From assembly GCA_964016885.1 (NCBI GenBank), contig OZ024740.1, positions 355,694,001-355,758,000 on the forward strand: a stretch of DNA of 64,000 nucleotides. The letters run 5' to 3'. Below the pieces are notes generated by a model that worked only from the letters and a program-made list of their open reading frames with translations, ran no database searches and was not told where the DNA came from. The DNA comes from Eledone cirrhosa. Lineage: Eukaryota. Numbering within the stretch: the first letter of the stretch is position 1; every line of letters begins with the position of its first letter. Below are positions 25,123 to 36,105 of the stretch, in pieces. Position numbers and translations under genes: made by a program.

Positions 25123-26249
25123 TCTATATATATAAAACTGAGGTTGTCTGTCTGTCTATCGATTTTTGGCACACATCTCCTCTTAGAATCTCTCACGGAA
25201 TTGCACCGAAATTGCTATACTTGTACATTGAGCCCTAGCGAAGACATCGGAAAAAAATATTTCAAATTGACCCGCCCTATCTGACGAAATCGAATATAAT
25301 GTATCGATTTTTGAGCGTAAGTGATCAGTTATTTCCCTTTGTTCTGTTTACATTCAGCGTAGCGTCTTACGTTCTCTTTACATTTTCTGCGTGCAAAAAT
25401 TAAAAAAATGATTTCCCTTTGTTCTGTTTACATTCAGCGTAGCGTCTTACGTTCTGTTTACATTTTCTGCGTGCAAAAATTAAAAAAATTACGCTGGCTT
25501 TCTCAGCGTTTAAAATGACATTAACACAATACGCGAACAGTTGTCGAGCCAGCAAAATTCATCAGTTCGAACACTAAGCTTCCGTTTTGCTTTCATTTCC
25601 ATTTAAAAGCCTTTTAAAACAATATTTTTACTTGAAAACAAGTCTATTTAAAGACTACGTAAAACAAGCAAATATTTCGTAAAAAAAAAAAGCAAAAATT
25701 ATATAAGTTTATTTAAAATATATGTATCTGTAAATTTCGTTAGGCGTGCAGACAGACAGTCGTGCAGAGAGGTGATATAGGCGTGCAGACAGACAGTCGT
25801 GCAGAGAGGTGATATAAGCGTGCAGACAGACAGTCGTGCAGAGAGGTGATATAGGCGTGCAGACAGACAGTCGTGCAGAGAGGTGATATAGGCGTGCAGA
25901 CAGACAGTCGTGCAGAGAGGTGATATAGGCGTGCAGACAGACATAACTGATAATTTGGTTACGCTAATGTTTTTCTCTGCGTTGCAGTGTTTACATTTTC
26001 GATCTTTGTTAATAAATAACCAGTGCAGTTTTTATCCCCAGCATCCTCTTTTGTTATAACATTCGGGTTATCGTTATGTTTTCTTAACTTCATAAGGCAT
26101 ATTGTTGGTTGAGGGAATATTAATCAAAAACACCACATGCAAGTCTGCACAGTAGACACTACAGTTTTTAAGCCAAAAAAGAAAGTTAACATTGTAACTT
26201 TAACACAGCTACTGAGCGACCCCGAGCAACGCCGGGGCTTTACTGCTAG
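25123..26249 (+). mobile_element. Non-autonomous Helitron, copy 2 of a tandem pair
   Basis: 5' TCTATATATATAAAAC, 3' hairpin CCCCG-AGCAACGC-CGGGG (26220-26237), then CTAG (26246-26249) and T. Flanked by (TA)n. Confidence 0.88.
25744..25942 (+). repeat. 37-bp minisatellite inside the Helitron (5 units plus a partial)
   Basis: Unit GCGTGCAGACAGACAGTCGTGCAGAGAGGTGATATAG. About 3.5 units also at 24685-24822. Confidence 0.95.
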
Positions 26250-27408
26250 TATATATATATAATTATTCCCCTAAAGATATTGTTAAAAGGAAAACAACAA
26301 AAACAAAAACTACTGTAGTGTAGTTCTAATTTACTATTAAATCATAGTCTAGCAGAATATCTTATTAGTTTTGTTCAGTATGGTATGAAATTACTCAATT
26401 ATATTTTTGTACTTATGATGAAATACATCATTGGACATTGAGTTTATGGCAGCTGTTAGTCTTTAATTTAATTATGCTTTTATCTTTAAAGACAAAACAA
26501 TCTACAAAATAATGATTTCTACTATAGGCACAAGGTCAGCAATTTGGGGGGAGTGGAGAATTGATTAAATCGACATCAGTGCATTACTGGTACTTTATTT
26601 TATCAACACTAAGGATGAAAGGCAAAGCTAACCTCAACAGGATTTGATCTCAGAACGTAAAGGGCCATAACTATGCTGCAAAGCATGGTATCTGAGACTC
26701 GACCGTTCTGCCAACTCACCGCCCTCATAATAGCAACAATAATAATAGTTTCTTACATTGGTACACAGCCAGAAATTTGGAAGAGGGGTGTAGTCAATTC
26801 TACTGACACCATGAAATATCAACAGCAACAACAATCATAATATAAAAAAGGGAGGAGTGCGGGACTGCATCCTGAATATATTTTTTTTATCCCGTTTGTA
26901 AAATAAGTTGGATTACTTTGAATAAATAATTGTTTCTACTTTTGGCACAAGGCCAGCAATTACCCAGTGCATTACTGGTACTTTATTTTATCGACTCCGT
27001 AAGGATGAAAAGCAAAGTTAACCTCAGCGGGATTTGAACTCAGAATGGCAAGGGCCGTAACTCTATGCGTCCGACCTTCTACCGATACTGCCAATGAATA
27101 TTACATAATTTATCTACTAAATTTCGTAACTCTTGATTAAATATAAATACTTTTATTGCTTATTTCAAGATTCACTTTTAAAATTTTCAAATGTCAATAC
27201 TTCTAGTTATGATATAATTGTTTCTACTTTTGGTACAAGGCCAGAAATTACCCAGTACATTACTGGTACTTTTATTTTATCGACCTCGTAAGGATGAAAA
27301 GCAAAGTTAACGTCGGCAGGATTTGAACTCAGACCGTAAAGGGACGTAACTATGCTGGAAAGCATGGCGTCCGACTCTACTGCCAATCCTCCAATGGAAT
27401 ATATTATA

Positions 27409-27733
27409 TCGCTTATATAAATGTTCATATATTTGCATTGTTATATAACGTTTATATTTCCATCACTGATTTTCTCCTTTTTCGTTTACATAAAATTTTG
27501 CTGTAATGCACGATAGTCTTTTAATGCATGTATGATAGTCTTTTTTAAATGTATCATGGATTACTTTACCGTTTACAGAAGAGAGAGTGACACAGTCTCT
27601 TCAATTTCTGTGCATATTGTCAATTACAATTTTATTTGACATATCATTACATGCATATATATTTGCGTATAATATCAATATGCACACTACACATGCTAGC
27701 AGAAAACCACCCTTCAGGTGATTTTTCTGCTAG
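27409..27733 (+). mobile_element. Possible miniature Helitron
   Basis: A|TC-GCTTATATAAA start and a long terminal hairpin (27694-27734) containing CTAG|T. Confidence 0.4.
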
Positions 27734-28206
27734 TATTAATAATTTTTAATTTAGCCAAAAGCTAGCAATTGTAAGGGAGGGAAAGTCAATTACATTGACC
27801 CCAATACTTGACTGGTACTTTATTGTACCCGGAAGGATAAAAGGCAAAGTTGATGTCAGTGGGATTTGAATTCAGAATGTAGAAGCTGTAATTAAATACT
27901 GCAAAGCATTTTTTCTGATGTGCTAATGATTCTGTCTTTAAATGGGTATATGTTTGTAAAAAGAAAGTATAAGCTGAAATTCTCTATTTGGCTTATATGT
28001 ATCTGTAAATATTGTATATAAACGTTTTCAGTCTATGAATAATCAGTGTGTGTCTGTGCATGCATATATATGTATAAGATGTATTATTGATGTAATGTAC
28101 AAATTCTCAATAAAATATAGTGCTGAGAAAAATGCATCATAACAAACCATCACCCACCCTAGGCTTCTGGTTGAAACCCAGTGTCAATGTATAGATATCC
28201 AAGGAA

Positions 28207-28398
28207 AATAATTGTTTCTACTTTAGGCACAAGGCCAGCAATTACCCAGTGCATTACTGGTACTTTATTTTATCGACCCCGTAAGGATGAAAGGCAAAGT
28301 CAACCTCGGCAGGATTTGAACTCAGATCGTAAAGGGACGTAACTATGCTGGAAAGCATGGCGTCCGACCCTCTACCGATACTGCCAATCCACCGCCCC
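28207..28398 (-). mobile_element. tRNA-derived SINE, well-preserved short-tail copy
   Basis: Minus-strand A box TGGCAGTATCGG, B box GAGTTCAAATCC, conserved body GCCTTTCATCCTTACGGGGTCGATAAAATAAAGTACCAG, ATT-rich tail. Confidence 0.88.
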
Positions 28399-30614
28399 TA
28401 TCAGAAACCATTATATCCAAGGAAAATAATGGTTTCTGATCAAGGAAAACAATTGTTTCTACATTTAGCACAAGGCAAACAATTTGTAAAGGAAGGGGAA
28501 ATTCAATTAAATCAACCCCGAGAAGATGACATGAGATTTGAATTCAGAGCATAAATGCCCAGCAGTATTTGTTCTAACAATTCTGCAAAAAACAAAATAT
28601 TTTATGGGATTCTAATTGACACTAATGATTCTGCCAGTCCCCTCCACACAATAACAACAACAATAATGACAATGACAATAATAATAATGATTTTTAATTT
28701 AGTCAGAAGATCAGCAAATTCTGAAGAAAGGACAAAGTTGATTAAAATAAATCCTTGTTCTTGACTGGTACCTTATTTTATCAACCCCGAAAGGGTGAAA
28801 ACCAAAGTTGAACTTGGCTGGATTTGAACTCAGAAGAAAACTACAATGGAATTTTATCTGACGGCCTAACAATTCTGCCAATAATTATTGTTTCTACTTT
28901 TGGCACATGGCCAGCAATTATCCCAGTGCATTACTGGTGTATTATTTTAACGACCCTAATAAGGATGAAAGGCAAAGTTAACCTCGGGAGGATTTGAACT
29001 AAAAGGCAATCAACACATTTGATAGTTGATCAGCTCTAGTATGTCATAGACATAGAAAGCAAAGACAAAATCAGCAGGATTTAAACTCAGAAAATAAACA
29101 ACTATATACATAAGGATTCTCTCCAATTCTCTATCAATTTTACCAATGACTGCTATAATGGTTTCTGATTTAGGCACAAGGCCAGAATTTTAGAGAAGAG
29201 AAAAGTCGATTAAATTGACCCCAGTGCATTACTGGTACCTTATTTTATCAACCCCGTAAGGATGAAAAACAAAGCTAACCTCAACGGTATTTTAACTCAG
29301 TGTAATAATAATAATAATAGTATCTAAAATTGGAACAGTAATTTGTGGAGAAAGATGTAGTTTGGTTTTTATTTCATCGGCCTAGGAAAGTGGAAGGGCA
29401 AAATGAATAACATGAACTCAGAATACAAATAATTTCGCCAATCCCTCTATTGCTATAACAACAACAAATCACTCCAAAAATAGTAAACATAAATTTCAAA
29501 ATGTTGAAAGCTCTTACCGTTCTTTAGATGGTTCAACTGTTAATGCCATAAAGTTATTCAGAACAAGACAGAAAAATAAAAGAGTAGTTCCAGCACGGAT
29601 ATATAAGAAATAGTGGCTTAACTAACAGAGAGAGCAAGTGAGACAGAGGAAGAAGCTTTTTACCAATTAGCAGGTCTAAAGGAGAAATGATGTGCAGAGA
29701 GAAAGAGAAAAGAGACAGTGGATATATCAGCATAATGGTTTGAAGAACATATGAAAGTGTGTAATTTTTTTTTTTTTTTTTTTTTTTTTTAAAGCTACAA
29801 GAGGAGGCCAACAGGCACGAATGAATCACTTACTTTGTCATGGCAGTATAATATTGGTTGTGACAAAGTGGAAGTCTCATCATTACCAACATACATAACT
29901 TTGAGATGTTTGAGTTTAAAAGTTATTGACTCCAGTTAAGTGGTTAAGTACTAATGAACACAGAGCTGTGAATGCTTGCCAAGACTGCTATGAGTTTTGC
30001 CACCATCATACTTGAAACCATTTCATACATATCTGATGTAATACACACATTCAAACTTCATTGCTAAGCTTATTTTAATGATACTATCTAATATGCTGAC
30101 AGCTTGTCTGAGATAAATAACTAGAAATGATTTTGCTGTGCTGCAAGTTAATTTCTGACCTATTCTTTCTTGGATCAAATATTTGTTTTATTTTGTTCTT
30201 ATATTTGATTTTTAAATCAACATCACTAATTGGAGATACCTGAGTTCATGAAATTTAAGGACAATATTTAGGATTTTGTTATTAATTTAGTCACAAGTCA
30301 GAACAATGATATCTTTAACATGTATTGTTATCCCCTTGAGAAAGACATCGTTTTTACAGCTGCAGCAAGAGCAACCTGTTGTCTAGAAATCAGAAGGGAT
30401 TCAAAGTCAAGCAGGACAAGTTTTTTAACGATAGTGCTAGGATAAAACACCATGGTTCTTTTGTCATTGTCAGTAAATATAGTAGGTGCTCTTAGGTGCT
30501 TTTAACATAATTCACCCAGGATATAATTTCAAAAATGGAAACTAATTCAGAGCAGGATATCATATTTTAAAAAAAATGGATGCTAATTCAGAGTAGGATA
30601 TCCTGTGTTGTTCT

Positions 30615-30812
30615 TATGAGGGTCAGCTGAAAAGTTCCTAGGCTGACTATGAAGGAATGATGCTAGAGCTTTGAAATCTGTGACATTAATTTCACCTTTT
30701 CACATTAATAACTGCACTGTGTATTTCCACAGACTATGTTGAAAAATAAACCTCATTTGGTCATTCCATGAGAATATTTTGGTAAGCCTATGAACTTTAC
30801 AGCCCATTTTTG
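30615..30812. mobile_element. mariner-type MITE (partial paralogue at 56984-57140)
   Basis: TA-TGAGGGTCAGCTGAAAAGTTCCTAGGCT with inverted AGCCTATGAACTTTACAGC. Confidence 0.6.
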
Positions 30813-31036
30813 ATATTATCCTGCTTCAAATTAGTTTCTTAAATTCTTCTTTCGATGAAGAAATCTTATCCAAAAATATAAGAAATCTTAGGCAACTCCA
30901 AGGTAACATTTCAATATCTTTGTTATCATTTTCAACATTTAATGTTATATTTGCATTGCTGTAACTTGCTAACAGACTATTTTCTACATAATACTCTAAC
31001 CCTCAACTAACTTTATTTTTTTTTTTAATTAATCAG

Positions 31037-31065
<29 letters not shown>

Positions 31066-31068
<3 letters not shown>

Positions 31069-31497
31069 TGTGTGTATCTATCTGACTGATAAAATGACAA
31101 GTCAATCAATCATATCGGTGGCCTCCCCACAGCCCCGGTGGACAGAATGGAGAAGGCATTTCCCCGGAGGATGGCAAGGGAGACACGCTGGAAAAGCCAT
31201 TCCATCTTACGAGGCTCATACCTGTGGCTGGCCAGCTCAGCACCCATGGTGGTGAGTAGGGAGGTAGCCCTAGGGCCGAGGAGGCCAGAAGTCTCCACCG
31301 CCAAGGGTACAAGTGCAAACCTGTCGGAGAGCGACCAGTATTTGAAGAGTTTGGCCTCCTCAGCCCAACGTGTAGCAGAACCAGGGTTAGTCACAGACTG
31401 CACCAGGTTGCGGCTGGAGAAAGTGTCGGTGCAAGTGGCATCCCAGATAAGGGGCTGCCACCGCGGAACGGGAAGATGGTCATGCCATCTGGCCTTT
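31066..31497 (-). mobile_element. 3' fragment of a CRE-like non-LTR retrotransposon (restriction-like endonuclease domain)
   Basis: KRPDGMTIFPF..., one frameshift, then PLIWDATCTDT...AEEAKLFKY...VPLAVETSG...LFQRVSLAILRGNA. GC-rich island ending at (TA)n. Confidence 0.85.
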
Positions 31498-32254
31498 TAA
31501 CATTTACATTACTCTGTTTACTATTATATTTTCATGGTAAAGGCTTTACCTCACACAATTATCTCACACAATATCAAATCTACGAGATTTTGATATTATT
31601 TACTTTGAGTAAATACCACAGTATGAGTGGCTGGTTACAACCAATTTGAACAGAAAGAGCTGAGAGTATTCTGGCCGGATACAGCCAGTTTAAATGCTAA
31701 AGGGTTAAGCAAACTACATACAAAACTATGTAAATATAAATATCAATCAATCAATATTTATTATTTCAAATGAAATAATAGAACACAGAGAAATATGTAC
31801 ACATACATAAACCATATTAAAATAATTGTTCCTACTTTTGGCACAAGACCAGCAATTACCCAGTGCATTACTGGTACTTTATTTTATCGACCCCGTAAGG
31901 ATGAAAGGCAAAGTTAACCTCGGCGGGATTTAAACTCAGAATGGCAAAAGCCATATTAAAACCATATAAAAATAATGTCATAATGTCATGAGGGAGATAA
32001 AATAAGAGCTACCCAAGAGTTTCTATCATTGGTCTTTTGCTGAATTGCAGAGACTTTTGCATTCAGTTCTTTTGTGACCATTCTTTGGAATGTGGTCTTC
32101 GGTCATCGTCTCTTGCAGTGACCTCCTGGTAGTTGATGTAGTAGAAGACACTCAGCATGGAAGGTACTAATTGGATGTTGGATTTGATGACCAGTCAATG
32201 TTTATCACAGGTTTTGAATATTCTATATAGAATTTCCTATATATATATATATAT

Positions 32255-32520
32255 ATATAAGAAACAGAAGTTGAAAATGCAATTGGAGTCTTTAAGAAGG
32301 TTTATTTACTATAACTTATAACTTTACTGGTATCACAAGTTTCATGATTTTCAAAAGTTAACTTCTTAAAGACTCCAATCTCATTTTCAACTGCCTACTA
32401 TTTGATTTTCACTTCAGCTTTATTACGAGTTATTAGTTTGTTAAAGCTCTTTCAACACATTCTGTGACCTCCTCAATGATATTTGTTCTTTTTCTCTGTA
32501 ACAAAAGAACTTTAATGAAT
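32255..32520 (-). mobile_element. Relic of a Penelope-like pseudo-LTR related to the 63-kb element
   Basis: Minus strand TTGAGGA-GGTCACAGAATGTGTT-GAAAGAGCTT (32441-32478) is a decayed version of the same hammerhead. Internal inverted repeat 32270-32300 / 32361-32391; adjacent (TA)n. Confidence 0.55.
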
Positions 32521-32605
32521 TAATAATCAATAATAAAGCTAAAGTTAACATTGAATAGTGCATGTGTTTTTATTGTCAAAATGACCATCCCCCAATATAA
32601 CACTA

Positions 32606-32639
<34 letters not shown>

Positions 32640-33419
32640 GATATCACTGTAAATGAGGTTGACACTAGCTGTAGAAACCAAGCCTAAATCAGTTCTGTAT
32701 GACCTAGCATTGCTTACAACAGGATAATTTGTTTAACCACCATAGAAAAATGGATGTTAAATGATGATGATGATGATATAATTTAATTTTAATTTCTTTA
32801 GATTTAAATTATATATTTTTCTCTCCCACCACATCCCACGTATGTATGTTTCAGTGACAACTATTACTATTATCCAACATTTCAAACTATAACAGGAGTC
32901 AAACTCAACTATACCATAACAACTTTACATTTCAAAAAAGAAGTTAAAACTACAAGCAAAATCCTTTACTTTAAAAAAAACAAATAAAAAAAAAACATTC
33001 ATAACCAACCTCTGATCAGCTGATAGACATATCAGAAATATTAATCATTTGTAGTGTTACTAAGATATCAAACAAACTCTTACTTTATAATTCATGAAAT
33101 CCTATCTCATACTTATTACAAACATGTTTATGGAGCTATGATATATTGAGACTTGACAACTGTGAAATATTGATGTTACAAAAAATATACATGTTTGTCG
33201 ATTTTGGATAATGAAGACTATGCTTTGAAACAAAAGTGATCATAATATACATATTAAAATTATTGTTCCAAAGTGTAATGTGTTGAGTAATTCCAAATAC
33301 TGCCATGCTCTAAGTAACTATTAGCAACCTATTCTGATATTCTAATATTTTTATATAACCAGATTGGTCCTACAACACTCGCTTCAACTTGTTCAAAGAA
33401 AGATAGTAAAGTTGCTACG

Positions 33420-33680
33420 GTTGACCCTTTCATTACCATATTTCTAATGAAAGACACTGCTTATGATTTTCAAGTCATTTAGAAAATTATCAAGAATTTG
33501 AAGGGATTTATCAATATAATTACCTTTTTCATTATTAAACTGGTGTTTGGAACATACATAAAGGTTCCTTCAAAAAATTATATTGGAAGCTTGATAGATA
33601 AATATAATTAGCTTAAAATGTAATGTTTTGTGTTGTGGAACCAAGGAGAGTTTCAGGCGGTTTAGTATCAAAAAGTTTAA
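33420..33680. mobile_element. Abundant TTAACCCTTT-ended MITE family (representative copy)
   Basis: Similar 220-260-bp copies near 960, 12913, 22595, 33870, 35150, 37195, 40806 and 41536-42074. Confidence 0.65.
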
Positions 33681-35734
33681 AGCAATAAAAAATAATCTTT
33701 GTGGCTAATTAGAGAACAAATAAACATCTTCATGACTACTTTATTCAATAATTCCAAATACAGGAATTAGTCCCATCAGAGCAAATCCTAGCAGATAAAA
33801 CAACTAATTAATATCGACACATCATAAGAGATTATTCTAAAATATAATCTGTTCCAGAATAAAGACAATCTTAATTCTTATCTATTTTTATACCAAACCA
33901 CCTCCCACCTAAAACTGCTTCTGGTTCTACAGAACAAAACCACACATTGTTAAGGGTTCTTATTTTAATCAAAATCTTCCAACATAATTGCATATAAGAA
34001 ACCTTTGTTATAAATGCTATCTTAGTAATGAAATAAACAATTTTATTAAATCCTTCAAAATTTTTCATTAATTAATTGATATAGAGTGTATTTCATCAGA
34101 TATACAGATATGAAAGGGCTAACATCCTGTAATGGCTTGTTAATGCAAATCTAAATCTATGTGGTACAGGACGTTGAGTAAGTGAAAATTGTTTATTCCA
34201 GAATTGTTTTCTAGCTATGTGTTTTTTTTTATCTCATTGATATCAGTAGAGAGAAACGAAAACCTACATACAAAGAAAAAGATATTTTTTTTAATATTGT
34301 AAACAGATTTGATAAAGGAAGAGTTAGCCAAACACTAATTTATTGGCATCATAAACACTATAAACAAACGAAAATTATAATATTAACAGGTTTATATGAG
34401 ATTATGCAAATCTGAACTCAACGTTGAGAGCTGGAAAAATACTGTAACATATTTTATCGGATGTTCTAAAGGCTCTTCCAATGTGTCGCCTAAACATTAT
34501 AAACAAATTCAAATTATGATAATGACAGGTTTACATGAGATTATGTAAATTTGAATCAGAATATACAAAACTGAAAGTGTTATTCTACAGGAATTAGGCA
34601 AGAAGAAAGGGTCACTTTTAGAACCAAATGAAATATGAGACAAAGGAGCTTCTATGTGGTCACTTGACTAGCTAGAAATACTAGTCATATTTCTCTCAAA
34701 TCAATTCCTAACATTTTGAAATAGAAAGGACACATTGGATATTGTAGCCCTAGATATCCTTAACCCTTTAGAATTTACATTACTCTATATTTACTATTGT
34801 ATTTTCACAGTAAATACTTTATCTCAAATAATTATTTCACATAATATCAAATCTGAGATTTTGATAACAATACCTTAACATAAGTAATAGGGGCTGGTTA
34901 TTGCTGATTTGAACAGAAAGAGGTGAAAGAATTCTAGCCGGATGTGGCAAGATGTTCACAACTGGAATGAATATAAGTCTGCAATAAACTATTCAAATTT
35001 AGAAACATTACCATAAATAAAAATCATAGAACTTGATTTTATACAATGTTTATTAATAGAGGAGAATAGAAAGCTATTAAAGAAGCTGAGCTAATTTAGA
35101 ATGACTAAATTATTTTACAAAGCAGCTCCGAGAACATTTCACATGGCTTTAAAATTGTTGACACTTGATACTAAACTACCTAAAACCCATTCAGGTTCAT
35201 AATCATAACTGTTTGTTTTGAAGTGTTTATATTTATTTAAAATCTTTCCATCATAATTTTATGTAAGCACCTTTGTTAAGTTATCTCTCAAACACCATAT
35301 TATGAGAAAATTAGATGCGTTATTAAATTCCTCCAAATTCGCAATTATTTACAAGATTATCTGAAAACCACAGGTAGTGTCTTTTGTTAGAAATATGCTA
35401 ATGAAAAGATTAATGAGTTAAATCAACTTCTCTATGGTCATCTATTGGTTGTCAATGCAGATTTCTTTGTGTTTGTAGATGGCTGGTCAGTCTGATTCTG
35501 GTATAAATATAATGACCACATTTAAAATAAAGTCCATGGCTAACCAGGCTTTGCAAAGATCATTTGATAGATTTCCACAGCATTGATTTTATGTGTGTCT
35601 CTTGCAAAGATGTTGCCCCTTTGTTGATGAAGGTGGTTTCTGAGTAATCTTTTTTCAGGATATGTTACTTTCAGGGCTTTTTTATAGCTGCCAAATGTTT
35701 TCTTCCCAGTAGTGAACTCACCATTATACTGACA

Positions 35735-35996
35735 GAAAACTTGGGTATAAGAGTAATCAGATGTAAGGTGCAAGTGAGAAAACTGTTGGTATGGGTGATA
35801 ATCACTGGGTGAAAAAGTGCCAAGAAATGCCAGTTGAAGACCCAGGAAGTCCTGGGTGGAAGTGGCAATAACTGATCTCAAATTACAGAAGCTCACAAAG
35901 GAGATAACAAAGGACTGTGATAAATAGAAGTATGCTACACTGGAAAAGACCCACCCAAGCCATGCAAGCATGGAAAAGTGGATGTATGATGATGAT
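35735..35996 (+). mobile_element. RTE LINE 3' end fragment
   Basis: LGIRVIRC...WYG...RPRKSW, then ccatgcaagcatggaaaagtggatg and a (GAT)n tail. Confidence 0.75.
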
Positions 35997-36007
35997 ATAC
36001 ATGAATA

Positions 36008-36105
36008 TACAGGGTGTCCCAAAAAATGTATACACACTTCAACAACATTATAATAAATATTGCCTGTACAGGTAATCAAAGTATGTATACATTTTTTTGG
36101 ACTCT
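36008..36105. mobile_element. Tiny Tc1-like MITE (hairpin)
   Basis: TA-CAGGGTGTCCCAAAAAATGTATACA with inverted TGTATACATTTTTTTGGAC. Confidence 0.55.

Larger units (their letters stand above)
26510..29300 (-). mobile_element. Cluster of about 9 co-oriented copies of the same SINE
   Basis: Copies near 26510, 26925, 27215, 27745, 28207, 28430, 28685, 28880 and 29155. Confidence 0.85.

Noticed and set aside
25744-25942. 37-bp repeats resembling a CRISPR array
   Set aside because: Units are contiguous with no unique spacers, lie inside a Helitron, and the DNA is eukaryotic with no cas genes.
28300-28398. tRNA gene
   Set aside because: A and B boxes are present but too far apart, no cloverleaf is evident, and the segment is the head of a multi-copy SINE.
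29829-29935. Possible minus-strand exon ending at a good GTAAGTG donor
   Set aside because: No convincing acceptor, an in-frame stop just upstream, and an unrecognisable peptide.
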